Virus record (IMG/VR): IMGVR_UViG_3300005614_001084
Coordinates: 32,001-96,000 of that record
Direction: 5' to 3' (one strand)
Source: a virus
Taxonomy: Duplodnaviria; Caudoviricetes
DNA length: 64,000 nucleotides
Both the position numbers and the translations under genes were made by a program. Shown here piece by piece: positions 44,589 through 53,766 of the stretch (positions within the stretch are counted from its first letter, which is position 1; the number at the start of each line of letters is the position of its first letter). The notes under the pieces are model-generated. The model saw nothing but the letters and a program-made list of their open reading frames with translations, did not search any database and was not told the DNA's origin.

Positions 44589-44917
44589 CGCGAATCCCCG
44601 CAATGCACGAAGCGGCCGTTCTGGATGAAGCCGTGCCACTCACACCCCTTCTCGCCGCCCTCGACGTGAATGCTCGGAGCGAACGTCAGCGTGCTGAAGT
44701 CGTTCCGATCGCCCGTCATCTCCCACGTCGCGCCGCTCGGGAACCAGTTCGTGAGAGCCGGGCCACCGTCGAGCGGATGACGCAGCGGTACGCTGAGGTA
44801 GTGATCGTGAATCGGACACTCGAAGACCATCACGACACCAACACGCCCGTTCTCCGAGGCCCAATGCGGGTCGGCCTGCGTCAGCAGTTCGAGCCGCTTC
44901 TCTCGCTCCTTCATCAT
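44585..44917 (-). CDS. DUF6527-like protein
   Basis: FECP..H...LTFAPSI...CEWHGFIQNG. Confidence 0.55.
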   Translation of the reverse strand: MMKEREKRLELLTQADPHWASENGRVGVVMVFECPIHDHYLSVPLRHPLDGGPALTNWFPSGATWEMTGDRNDFSTLTFAPSIHVEGGEKGCEWHGFIQNGRFVHCGDSR

Positions 44918-46572
44918 ACCGATCGGACCGTGGCCTGAAGCAGGTGAGCGGTGGCGGTGAGCTTGTCGTCGCCGTGATCCCAGACGCGCTCCACGGTGAA
45001 CCAGAACGGGGAGTTGGGGGTCAGCGCGCTGAGCTGGAAGGGCACCTCGTACACGATGTTCGCGGTGGTGAACGCCACGGTGGCCTCGGCCGTAACGGTC
45101 AGCGCGGCGTAGGGGTTGCCGGTGCCTGTGCCATAGCTGATGCGGAACCGCGCCGTCTTCGAGGCCGATCCATTCGCATCGGCGGTCAGGTAGAGCCTGA
45201 TCACCGGATTGCTCACCTGCGTGAAGCTCGACCAGCCTGCACGGATGAAGCGACCTCCCAGAGACACGATCGCGTTGCGGACCAGCGCGTCGATGCCGCT
45301 GCCGTTGATGTCGCCGAAGATCATCTGGCAGACGATCGCCGCATTGGTACCGGTCGTACCGTAGAGCTGCGCGACGTACGCGCTTTGCTCTTCGATCCAC
45401 TGCTGGTCGTGGGCGGGCGAACCCGCGATGTGGGAGGTGGCGAAGCGGGTCCAGCCATCGGCACGACCGGCGACGGCGTTGTCGGAGCTGGAGTCAAGCT
45501 TGGTGGTGCGCCACTGGTTCGGGACCACGAGCGCGTAGCGCACTCCCTGGAACGCTCCGCTGGGTGTGGCGGTGTAGCGGCCGTCGAAGACGAGGCCGTC
45601 GCTCGGGCTGGTGTGGGTGCCCGCGATCACAAGAGCTTCGGCGTAGCTGTGCACCTCGCCGGGATCGGCAGACAAGGTGAGCTGCTTGGCGAAGTACGAG
45701 GGCAGCGTCGAAGTGGTGACGCCATGCAGCACTCCGCCCTCGATGAGCTGGAAGTTGCCGGCGGACCCGCTGCCCGCATGCGTGAACCCCTGAGCCGCCG
45801 GCAGCGTGCCACGGCGCGCGTCGTACTCGATCACGGCGGCGCACTTGTCGAACGGGATGCTGGCGCGAGAACCGCTGCCCGGCTGTGCACCAGGAACGCG
45901 ACCGGCGGCACGGTCGATCCAGGCGCGGGGCGCGCCACCCAGGTCGGCGTCGAACGGAGAATGGATCATGGGCGGAGCCTCCAGCGAGAACGTGTCCAGC
46001 GGCGTCTCGATGCCACCGCATCGATCCACCAGAGTTGCGGTGTAGAGCCCGGTGACGTCGACCTCGGGAAGCGCGGCGACGAGCAACGACGTGGCGAGCT
46101 GTGCTCCAGCCGGAGGCGTCGGCGCTGTCTGCGACGGAACGACCATCGTACTGATCGCCGGGGGGAGCGCAGGCACCAAGCTCAGGCTGGTGACGAAGCT
46201 GCTGCCGCTCGGCCCATCCCAGCGCACGCTGAAGCAGGTCACCGGCGGCGTCACATCGCTGCCCACCACGAAGATCTGCCCGTTCTCGGTGTAACTGGCG
46301 AAGAGTGCGATGCCGCCCAGACGGACTTCGCTGCGCTCTCGTCCGCAGCTCTCGCAGCTCGTCACGTTGGCGACGGCGTTCAGCGTCGAGCTGAACAGGC
46401 CCCACGACGTCGTACCACTACCGCCGAGGGTGCTGCCGACCGGCGTGCTACCGACGCCCGAAGGCGTGAAGAACTCCATCCAACGATCAACGGCTACCGC
46501 ATCGCGACGCCGTCTTGTGGCGAAGCGCGTGTAGCCGCAGGTGCAGCGTCGGTTGGGGAAGGTGGCGGGCAC
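44914..46572 (-). CDS. Virion/tail-associated protein with N-terminal Zn ribbon
   Basis: CTCG...CESC; beta-rich; leaderless-type TAAGCT-6 nt-GTG. Confidence 0.55.
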   Translation of the reverse strand: MPATFPNRRCTCGYTRFATRRRRDAVAVDRWMEFFTPSGVGSTPVGSTLGGSGTTSWGLFSSTLNAVANVTSCESCGRERSEVRLGGIALFASYTENGQIFVVGSDVTPPVTCFSVRWDGPSGSSFVTSLSLVPALPPAISTMVVPSQTAPTPPAGAQLATSLLVAALPEVDVTGLYTATLVDRCGGIETPLDTFSLEAPPMIHSPFDADLGGAPRAWIDRAAGRVPGAQPGSGSRASIPFDKCAAVIEYDARRGTLPAAQGFTHAGSGSAGNFQLIEGGVLHGVTTSTLPSYFAKQLTLSADPGEVHSYAEALVIAGTHTSPSDGLVFDGRYTATPSGAFQGVRYALVVPNQWRTTKLDSSSDNAVAGRADGWTRFATSHIAGSPAHDQQWIEEQSAYVAQLYGTTGTNAAIVCQMIFGDINGSGIDALVRNAIVSLGGRFIRAGWSSFTQVSNPVIRLYLTADANGSASKTARFRISYGTGTGNPYAALTVTAEATVAFTTANIVYEVPFQLSALTPNSPFWFTVERVWDHGDDKLTATAHLLQATVRSV

Positions 46573-46589
46573 CGCCCGAGCTTACCCCA

Positions 46590-46817
46590 CTACTTGGACG
46601 AACCGCCAGTCTTGATCTCCGGACGAAGAAGACCGGGGCGGCTGTTGCGCACCTTCCGGCTCTCCATGCGGAGCAAACGGCCCTCCTTCCTCACGCTCTC
46701 CGCCGCGTTGGCGACGCGCTGTATGGCGTCGGGGATGTCGCTCGCCGCATGTTCCATGGAGTCCACCATGGTGCGGCGAATCGTGTCGTCTTCGCGGCGC
46801 TTGGTCTCATCGGCCAT
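46590..46817 (-). CDS. Hypothetical protein
   Basis: GAGGAGG RBS. Confidence 0.55.
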   Translation of the reverse strand: MADETKRREDDTIRRTMVDSMEHAASDIPDAIQRVANAAESVRKEGRLLRMESRKVRNSRPGLLRPEIKTGGSSK

Positions 46818-47244
46818 GATCGTTCCTCCTCATGTTGCGCAAGTCTTCTGCGATCTCGCGCATCGCGTTCTTCGCCTCCGATACGGTGTCTTTCATTCCT
46901 TCGAGCATGATCGCTGTGTTGTTCAGAACGCTGGTGGTCTGCTTCAGCAAGTCAACGAACTTCTCTTGGCTCGCCTCGATGTCCTTCCGACGCTCTCGGT
47001 TTAGCTCAGCCATCTCCGCCGAGCACTGCTTGGTCAGGGCTTCGACTTTCGCCTGGTGTTCGGCTGCGTCCTTGAGGCGTCCCTGCTGCGCTTCGTCGAT
47101 CTTGCCGTAGAGCTTCTCCTGCTGCGCCGTCGACCAGCGCCAGAGGAATACGATAACCACCGCGAACGCGATGACAACGATGCCCAGAACGCCATACTGC
47201 AACAGTTGACCTGTGGCATTGTGGATCTGCTCTGCCTCTTCCAT
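46807..47244 (-). CDS. Single-TM coiled-coil protein, BhlA/UviB-like holin candidate
   Basis: LLQYGVLGIVVIAFAVVIVFLW followed by a coiled coil; follows a fibre gene. Confidence 0.45.
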   Translation of the reverse strand: MEEAEQIHNATGQLLQYGVLGIVVIAFAVVIVFLWRWSTAQQEKLYGKIDEAQQGRLKDAAEHQAKVEALTKQCSAEMAELNRERRKDIEASQEKFVDLLKQTTSVLNNTAIMLEGMKDTVSEAKNAMREIAEDLRNMRRNDHGR

Positions 47245-47274
47245 ACCCAGCTCCCAATGAGGCGTTGATCGAAC

Positions 47275-49677
47275 TCAGAGATCCATCGGATGCTTCAGAA
47301 CGCACATCTGATCGATCTCGAAGTAATAGTTCGAGGTTGTGCCGGTCGCGCCGAGGAACGAGAAGCCCACGGTGTCGAGCGTCGCGCCGATCCAGTTCGA
47401 GCTGAGGGCCGAGCCCTTGTCAGCGGCATACTTCTGATCGGTGGCGAAATCGAAGAGATGAGCGCCAGAGCTGGAACCAGGGAAGTCGGCGTAGTGCTCG
47501 CACTTCCACTGCGGCTTGCCCCCCGAAGGGTGGCGCTGAACCATCGTCGAGCGGAAGGGAACGACCAACGACCGCTCGTCTGCCGACGACATCAGGCCAC
47601 CGATGTTGATCCACGACGGCGTACCGTTGGAGATGAAGGCACCTGCCGCTCCCTCGACCAACGCCCCGCGAGTCGCGGTACCGACCTGGGCCTGAGCACA
47701 AGCCGCAAAATGGCTGAGACCCGATGCCTTGTTCATCAGCATCGACGGGCCCATCGAGTACCACTCGGTGTAGTGCGTGAAGTCGGCGACACCCACCAAA
47801 CGGAACTGGAAGATGAAACGGCGCACATCCGTGTGCACCAGCGGCAGGGTCAGGTCGTTGATGTAGATCGTGGCGAGCTGATTGCCCGTGAGCTTCGTCG
47901 GGAACGCGATGCGGAGGCGAGGACCTTCACGGCCCGTTACCATGCTCATCGTGAGCGAACCGCTGCTGAGCGTATCCCAGCCCACGGTGAACTGCGAAGC
48001 ATCGGACTCGTTCCACCTCCAGATCACCGGACTGCCCACGTGGGTGTCGACGTAGTTCTTCGTCGCGACGTCCTGCGCCGAAGAGGGATCAGCGACATTC
48101 CGAAGCTGCTGACCGGCGAAGGCGGCCGGGCCCGTCAGATGAGAGGCCAGCGAGACGAGGTTGGCCCCGTCGAGGAACATGTTGTTGGTCTGCCCGAGGT
48201 TGACCGCGTCTTGCAGAGAGACGCCCCCAGCGATGTTGGTGATCTTGTGGCCGTTGAAGTCGAAGTCGACCGAAGCGCTGTGGATCGCGTTCTGGATGTT
48301 GGAGGGATCATTGGCCGCGGTGTTGGCGGCACTCGCTGCTGCGCTATCGGCGTAGTTCTTGTTCGCGGCGTCACTGCCGCTGGAGGGACCCGACAGGTTG
48401 ACGATCTTGTGGCCGTTGACCGAAACGTCGCCAGTAGACGACGCCAGTGCCGAACGAACGGCACCCTCCGTGACCCCGCCGCCCGCCGGCCATGCCGGTG
48501 GATCGGGCAGAGAGCCCGCGAATCCAGCCGCGGTGCTCGGGCCGCTCCAGTCGACCCGATCCACCATGACGTAGCGCTGAACATCGCCATCGAGCTTGCC
48601 GGTGAAGAACGGGACGTAGGCGTCGTGGATCGGAGCGTACGAACTGTCGAGCAGCGTCGTGAAGGGATCATCCTCCAGGCTGATCTCGACCTTCGTCCCA
48701 GTCGTCTTGATCGTGAGGCGGACGTTGAAGTAGACGCTGTCCCCGATGTCGAGTGTGATGGGCTCGTCGTGGAGGACCGTGTTCCGGATGGTGACCAGCG
48801 ACCACGATCGAGCGGACTCCGCCCAGTTCGCAGAGAAGAGGATAGCGTTCGTGACGCCGCTGTCTCCGATTCCGCCTCCGACGCCGAAAGCGTAATGGCA
48901 CTGCGTATCCGACGTGGTCTGCGTCTGATCGATGGGAAACATCGCACGCCATTCGAGGACCAGCGGGCCCGAGGGGCCGAGCATGCGGCCCCAACCCGGC
49001 TTGATGACGAAACAGTCCGAGCCCGGCAGCGCGAAGCCAACCACGCCGACGGAGTCGAAGTACGGCAACGCCGCGAACTGTACGCCGATGTTTTCGGGTG
49101 AGCTGATCCAGCCGTCCCCGGCGCCGATGAAGTTGTCGCTGGTGTCGGATCCGCCGCCACCACCACCTGCGGCCACCGCCTCGACTGCGTTGGTGATCTC
49201 CCACACCCACTCCGCCCAGTCGCGCCAGTTCTGCGCGGAGATCCCGCGACCAGCGAGATCGGCGTAGAAGGCGTTGTCTTCGCTGAGGGCAGGGTTGTGC
49301 GCATTGAGCGTCGCTCCCGGAGGCGCAGACTCCGAGAACACGAGGGCCCGCAGCCCGGCAGCGACCGTCCGAACCGAGGCGATACGTACCGACTTGGTGA
49401 TCGTGACGCCGTCGTTGGCAGTGAGCTGGATCCGGAAGGCGCACGGTGGCGTGATGTCACCGAACGGTCCGATGGTCACCGACGTGCCGGTGGTCGCCGA
49501 CAGCGTCGCGGCAGATCCCACGACGTCCAGCAGCTCCCACGTATAGCTGACGCCGGGTCCGGGGGCCGGAGAGGTCGCGACGAGTGTGATGACCTCGCCC
49601 GGAACGAGATCGTGACGTGTGACATCCGGCGTTCCGGATCCGGGGGTCGCTTGATCGATCCTGAACTGTGCCGCCAT
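47275..49677 (-). CDS. Tail fibre / adhesin-like protein with YadA-stalk/neck-like repeats (start re-called at MAAQF)
   Basis: Three repeats: GHKIVNL..DAANKNYAD, GHKITNIAGG..DAVNLGQ, GQQLRNV..DVATKNYVD; lectin-like beta domains on either side. Confidence 0.65.
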   Translation of the reverse strand: MAAQFRIDQATPGSGTPDVTRHDLVPGEVITLVATSPAPGPGVSYTWELLDVVGSAATLSATTGTSVTIGPFGDITPPCAFRIQLTANDGVTITKSVRIASVRTVAAGLRALVFSESAPPGATLNAHNPALSEDNAFYADLAGRGISAQNWRDWAEWVWEITNAVEAVAAGGGGGGSDTSDNFIGAGDGWISSPENIGVQFAALPYFDSVGVVGFALPGSDCFVIKPGWGRMLGPSGPLVLEWRAMFPIDQTQTTSDTQCHYAFGVGGGIGDSGVTNAILFSANWAESARSWSLVTIRNTVLHDEPITLDIGDSVYFNVRLTIKTTGTKVEISLEDDPFTTLLDSSYAPIHDAYVPFFTGKLDGDVQRYVMVDRVDWSGPSTAAGFAGSLPDPPAWPAGGGVTEGAVRSALASSTGDVSVNGHKIVNLSGPSSGSDAANKNYADSAAASAANTAANDPSNIQNAIHSASVDFDFNGHKITNIAGGVSLQDAVNLGQTNNMFLDGANLVSLASHLTGPAAFAGQQLRNVADPSSAQDVATKNYVDTHVGSPVIWRWNESDASQFTVGWDTLSSGSLTMSMVTGREGPRLRIAFPTKLTGNQLATIYINDLTLPLVHTDVRRFIFQFRLVGVADFTHYTEWYSMGPSMLMNKASGLSHFAACAQAQVGTATRGALVEGAAGAFISNGTPSWINIGGLMSSADERSLVVPFRSTMVQRHPSGGKPQWKCEHYADFPGSSSGAHLFDFATDQKYAADKGSALSSNWIGATLDTVGFSFLGATGTTSNYYFEIDQMCVLKHPMDL

Positions 49678-49730
49678 GCCGACGAGCATAGCAGAAGACC
49701 CCCGTCAACCCGAAGTCCCTACAGGGTGCA

Positions 49731-49769
49731 AAGAGAAAAGGGACCACGGGCCGAAGCCTGTGGTCCCTT
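49731..49769 (-). terminator. Rho-independent terminator
   Basis: - strand AAGGGACCACAGGC-TTCG-GCCCGTGGTCCCTT-TTCTCTT. Confidence 0.85.
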
Positions 49770-49772
49770 GCC

Positions 49773-50174
49773 TCACGCGTTGTCGCAGCCGGGCGGATCC
49801 TCGGTATCGATCCCATGGGAGGCGAGAAATCTCTTCCTCGTCTCGGGATCCATCTTCTCCGCCATATCGAGCAGGCTCGTCACCTCCTTCACCTGCCGCT
49901 CGATCTCTGGCGGGATCGTTCTCATCTTCGTAGACGGCTTGATCGGAAGCACAGGAGCCAGTCTCTTGCCAAGCGGCTTCGCCGACAGGCCTGGCGCCTG
50001 GAACAACGCCTTCTCCTCCATCGCCGCCTGCCACCGCCTCACCTCGAAGTCGTGGAGCTTGGCTGCGTGTGCACGGCGCCCCTCTTCTTTCGAATCCAGA
50101 TGCATGATCAACCGCCACGATACCGCAGCGGACAAGATCACAGCCGTGAACGCGATGAATCCCCACGTGAGCAT
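49773..50174 (-). CDS. Membrane-anchored hypothetical protein
   Basis: N-terminal TM WGFIAFTAVILSAAVSW. Confidence 0.55.
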   Translation of the reverse strand: MLTWGFIAFTAVILSAAVSWRLIMHLDSKEEGRRAHAAKLHDFEVRRWQAAMEEKALFQAPGLSAKPLGKRLAPVLPIKPSTKMRTIPPEIERQVKEVTSLLDMAEKMDPETRKRFLASHGIDTEDPPGCDNA

Positions 50175-50176
50175 GA

Positions 50177-50587
50177 TCACCTCAGAAGCTTGTCCACGTC
50201 CTCGCGGTCGGCGGTGAAGAACACCGACGGCAGCTTGATCCGGATGATGTCGTCGCCGAAGCTGGTCCGGATGTGCTTGTTGCTCTCCTGCTCGGCGAGC
50301 CACTTGATGAACACGACGATACCGCCGACCTCCAGGTCGGGGATGGGGATGCGGGTGAGCGGATGCTCCAGCTTCCGACCACCGTACGTGGTGAAGCCGT
50401 AGGCGAGCACCTCGCCCATCGCGTGGATGCCGGAGTCTCCGTGATCACCCACCGTCTTCGGTACGATGATGCCACCCGAGGTCTTCTCTCGGAGCGGCAT
50501 CACCTTGACGAGCACGTCCTCGTTGATGAGCCGGATCTTGCGGCCATCGGCGAAGACGTACTCGTTATGCGGGAGTCTCTTCTTCAC
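50177..50587 (-). CDS. groES: Co-chaperonin GroES (Cpn10)-like
   Basis: IRLINEDVLVK...EKTSGGIIVP mobile loop...GEVLAYG...LEVGGIVVF. Confidence 0.85.
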   Translation of the reverse strand: MKKRLPHNEYVFADGRKIRLINEDVLVKVMPLREKTSGGIIVPKTVGDHGDSGIHAMGEVLAYGFTTYGGRKLEHPLTRIPIPDLEVGGIVVFIKWLAEQESNKHIRTSFGDDIIRIKLPSVFFTADREDVDKLLR

Positions 50588-50590
50588 CGA

Positions 50591-51340
50591 TCACTCCTTC
50601 GTGTCGGCCTTGGTCATGTCGGTCTGCGGCGCCGAGGTCTCCGGCGGACGGCTGCGATCCGCCAGCACCTGTGTATAGAGCACCTGCGTGTTCTGCACCG
50701 CTTCCTCGTCGGTCGCACCGTAAGCCATGACGCCCGGCACGCTCTCCGCCACGCAGAGATAGCGGCCGTCGGTCTCCAGCTCGACCTCGGCCTCGACCGT
50801 CTCGCTGAGATGGTTGCCGATCAGCATGGTCTTGCGCGGGTACTGAGGCTCGGCCCGATCCGCGGTCTCCGGTGCCGGAGCCGCACTCTCCAACGCCGTG
50901 ACCGGCTTGAAGTGCATGTTCGTCGCGCGCGCGACCTCGTCGATCAGGCGATCGGTCTCGAAGGGCTGGCCGGCGTTGATGCGATCGACGATCGTGTGTG
51001 CGTCCAGGCCGCTGTCCTGGAGACTCTTGCACACGCCGAGGATGCGATCCGGCGTCGAATCCGCCAGCGTGTAGAGGTTGCGCCGGCCGTCCATGATGAG
51101 GATCGGCTTGTCGGGGTTGGGCATCGGCTTCGGTGTCCGGTACTCGACGCTGACCTGGATCGCGAGGCCCTCGACGACGAACCCGTCGGAGCCCGTGCGC
51201 TCGATGTGCTTCTTCTGCACGACGCCGACCGCGTCGATGGGCTCACCGGCCGAGTTCGTCGGCAGATCGGCGAAGAGGGCGTCGACGAGCTGGTGAGCCT
51301 GCTGACGCAAGGATTCGAGCTTGTGATCGTTCTGGGGCAT
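50591..51340 (-). CDS. Hypothetical protein with C-terminal HicB-like domain
   Basis: ELETDGRYLCVAESVPGVMAYGATDEEAVQN matches the HicB partial RNase H fold motif. Confidence 0.65.
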   Translation of the reverse strand: MPQNDHKLESLRQQAHQLVDALFADLPTNSAGEPIDAVGVVQKKHIERTGSDGFVVEGLAIQVSVEYRTPKPMPNPDKPILIMDGRRNLYTLADSTPDRILGVCKSLQDSGLDAHTIVDRINAGQPFETDRLIDEVARATNMHFKPVTALESAAPAPETADRAEPQYPRKTMLIGNHLSETVEAEVELETDGRYLCVAESVPGVMAYGATDEEAVQNTQVLYTQVLADRSRPPETSAPQTDMTKADTKE

Positions 51341-51374
51341 GGATCGTCTCCTTCTTGGGTTCTCTGGGGTAGGA

Positions 51375-51911
51375 TCAGGTCTTGTTGCGCAGGGTGCCCG
51401 GGTCTTCGAAGCTCTCGCCTCCCTCGTCCCAGGCCACCTTCATCTTGCCATCGTCCGTGACGTCGCCGGTGACGACTCCGGTACGAGGCGGGGCCGCGTT
51501 CTTCTCCCCCGGCTTCTGGGGCATCTGGACGCGCGCGCCCGGGGTGAAGGTGTTGCCGTTCTTCTCCATGTCTTCCTCCGTGATCTCGAACTCGAAGATG
51601 ATGTTCGGCCTCTTCTCGACGCCGTTCATCCGATCGATCATGTTCGCCACGACCATTCGGGCGAGCAAGCTCTTGGGTGTGATGGTGATGCGGATGTTGT
51701 CCTTGTTCTCAGGGTCAGACAAGGCCTCGACGCCCCAATCCTCCACCTTCTCTTCGGAAATGGACTTCAGGCCGATGTCGAGCATCGAGACGATCGTCCC
51801 CTTCATTGCCTCCAGAGCTTGCGGCGTGGGGTCGCGCTTGACGTAGCCTTCGAGGCCACGCCGGATGTACTCCTGTATGTAAGCCGTGCTCCTCTTGATG
51901 CTCTCGTCCAT
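51375..51911 (-). CDS. Hypothetical protein with C-terminal SH3-like segment
   Basis: PGARVQ...TGVVTG...MKVAWDEG. Confidence 0.55.
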   Translation of the reverse strand: MDESIKRSTAYIQEYIRRGLEGYVKRDPTPQALEAMKGTIVSMLDIGLKSISEEKVEDWGVEALSDPENKDNIRITITPKSLLARMVVANMIDRMNGVEKRPNIIFEFEITEEDMEKNGNTFTPGARVQMPQKPGEKNAAPPRTGVVTGDVTDDGKMKVAWDEGGESFEDPGTLRNKT

Positions 51912-51920
51912 GATCGCCTC

Positions 51921-52211
51921 CTAGTGCTTGCGCGGCTTCTTACGAGCAGCCGGCTTGCGACGGCTGATAGCCCGCTCGGGCATCGCTTCGATCTTCATGC
52001 TGGCGGCAGCGCGTCGCCACGCCTCTTCGAGGTAGAGGCTGAGGTCTTGGCCATCGGCCGGCAGGTCGATGGGGACCTTGGCCACGGCGCGCAGCTCTTG
52101 GTTGAAGAAGGGTACGGCGCCCTTCTTGATCACCAGCTCCACGCTAAGCGTGGCGGCGGGCTCGGCGCTGGTGCGCGGGATACTGTCCTTCAACGAACTC
52201 ACCTGTTGCAT
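51921..52211 (-). CDS. Hypothetical protein (start MQQVSS)
   Basis: GGAG RBS. Confidence 0.5.
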   Translation of the reverse strand: MQQVSSLKDSIPRTSAEPAATLSVELVIKKGAVPFFNQELRAVAKVPIDLPADGQDLSLYLEEAWRRAAASMKIEAMPERAISRRKPAARKKPRKH

Positions 52212-52444
52212 ATACGCTCCGATCTGTAGGGGCCTTGTCGGGAGGAAGATCTCTTTTCGGTACCGATCCAGTGCTGCATGGCGTCGCACCACCAACATCC
52301 GCCGAAGACGCAGCGGTCCCAAGGGAACCGCTCGTCCGGCATGGGGTGGCTGCATGTGGACAACTTACGATCATAGAGGATGGAGCGAAGCAGAACGTCC
52401 AACGACGGCCACATCACCATCCAGAGCGTAAGAATGATCCACAT
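52199..52444 (-). CDS. Small membrane/Cys-containing hypothetical protein
   Basis: GGAGG RBS before MWIILTLW; CVFGGCWWC. Confidence 0.4.
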   Translation of the reverse strand: MWIILTLWMVMWPSLDVLLRSILYDRKLSTCSHPMPDERFPWDRCVFGGCWWCDAMQHWIGTEKRSSSRQGPYRSERICNR

Positions 52445-52460
52445 GCAGCCCTCCGTTCGC

Positions 52461-52808
52461 TCAGCCGTTCTCGGACTCGTCGCTTCCGCCGAAGAGGTCA
52501 CCGGCCGAGGGGATCTCCTCCGCCGACTGCTCCTTCTGCGCCGCGAGCCATGCACGAACGCCGGCCTTGATCGTCTTGTTGGCGATCTTGAGCTGGCTCT
52601 TCATCTCCTCCTCGTCGGCCATGACGTAGACGCCGGGCGCCTTGTCTTCGGTGTCGTGGCCGAACTGGATCGCGAGGGCCATGTGCTTCTGGCCATCGGC
52701 GTCGACCCAGTTGACGCAGAGGAGGTTGGCGGGCGCGACGGCGGTGACCGTGCTGCGCTTGCCGTTCACGAACTCGGGAGCCGCCTTGGGACCTTGGATG
52801 GTGGGCAT
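52461..52808 (-). CDS. Hypothetical protein
   Basis: AAGGA RBS. Confidence 0.6.
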   Translation of the reverse strand: MPTIQGPKAAPEFVNGKRSTVTAVAPANLLCVNWVDADGQKHMALAIQFGHDTEDKAPGVYVMADEEEMKSQLKIANKTIKAGVRAWLAAQKEQSAEEIPSAGDLFGGSDESENG

Positions 52809-52823
52809 CTTCTCTTTCCTTTT

Positions 52824-53141
52824 CTAGGACCCGATCAGGAGGTCCTTGACCGTCTTGCGTCCATCGAGGATCTCCTCGACGGTTCTCTGGTTGATCATGA
52901 TGGGCGCGCCCTGACCGACGCGAACCCAAACTCCCCTGGGCCTGTTCTCACAGATCCAAGCGAGGCAAAAGACAAGGAGCTGGCCCCGGGAGATCGTACC
53001 TCCCGGGGTGGTTTCGTCGTGCAGGAGTTCGAGGCTGCCGTCCTCGTGGCGCTTGAAGAGCTGCACGGCTGTGTAGTCGTGCCCGCTCAACGCCAGGTCG
53101 TATCCGATCACCACCGCATCACCCCTGGGAGAATCCGTCAT
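52824..53141 (-). CDS. Hypothetical protein (start MTDSPRG)
   Basis: VIGYDLA..HDYTA resembles an RNase H-fold first strand. Confidence 0.45.
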   Translation of the reverse strand: MTDSPRGDAVVIGYDLALSGHDYTAVQLFKRHEDGSLELLHDETTPGGTISRGQLLVFCLAWICENRPRGVWVRVGQGAPIMINQRTVEEILDGRKTVKDLLIGS

Positions 53142-53766
53142 CGTCGGTTCCGCCCACCGAGTTCGACGGAGGCCTACGGACGACCTCCGGTGCTCCCGCG
53201 CTGCCGGTGATGGGGCGCGCGGAGGCGTGAACGACCGGATTGCCCATGTCGTCCTTCTCCACGCGCCGGGGTGGGTTCTGCTGAGCGCGCGCCCGCCGCA
53301 CCAGCTTCTCGTTGAGGCGGGTGGCCGCGGGGTCATTGGCCACCCGGGCCTTGATCAGCTCTTGACGCTGAGCAAGACCGCTCTTCGGCGGAGTGGGCGC
53401 AGGCGGTGAAGCCTCTTCGATCGCCGCGGCGAGACTGGGCTCGCTCTGGAACATGGTCGGAGGCTCGGTGACTTCGTTCTCCACGTCACCCCCGAAGATC
53501 TCGTCACTGCCCTCTCCGCCCTCGGCGAGCATACTCTCCAAGGGGTCCTCTCCGTGCTCGATCTGCGGCGCGAAGACCTTCGGCCGCTGAAGAGGGTCCG
53601 GGTGCGTGCCGGTCACCGCCATCTTGATGATGGCCCCCAGCTCATCCGCCGTACACTCGATCTCCTTGATGACGCCGGCGATCGAGAGGACCACGACGTT
53701 GTGCTGCGTGTTGGTGTCGGCCTTCCAGATCTGGTTGGCAGACACGAGGTCGATCATGAGCTTCAT
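53119..53766 (-). CDS. Hypothetical protein (start MKLMIDL)
   Basis: GGAGG RBS, ATGA overlap. Confidence 0.6.
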   Translation of the reverse strand: MKLMIDLVSANQIWKADTNTQHNVVVLSIAGVIKEIECTADELGAIIKMAVTGTHPDPLQRPKVFAPQIEHGEDPLESMLAEGGEGSDEIFGGDVENEVTEPPTMFQSEPSLAAAIEEASPPAPTPPKSGLAQRQELIKARVANDPAATRLNEKLVRRARAQQNPPRRVEKDDMGNPVVHASARPITGSAGAPEVVRRPPSNSVGGTDDDGFSQG

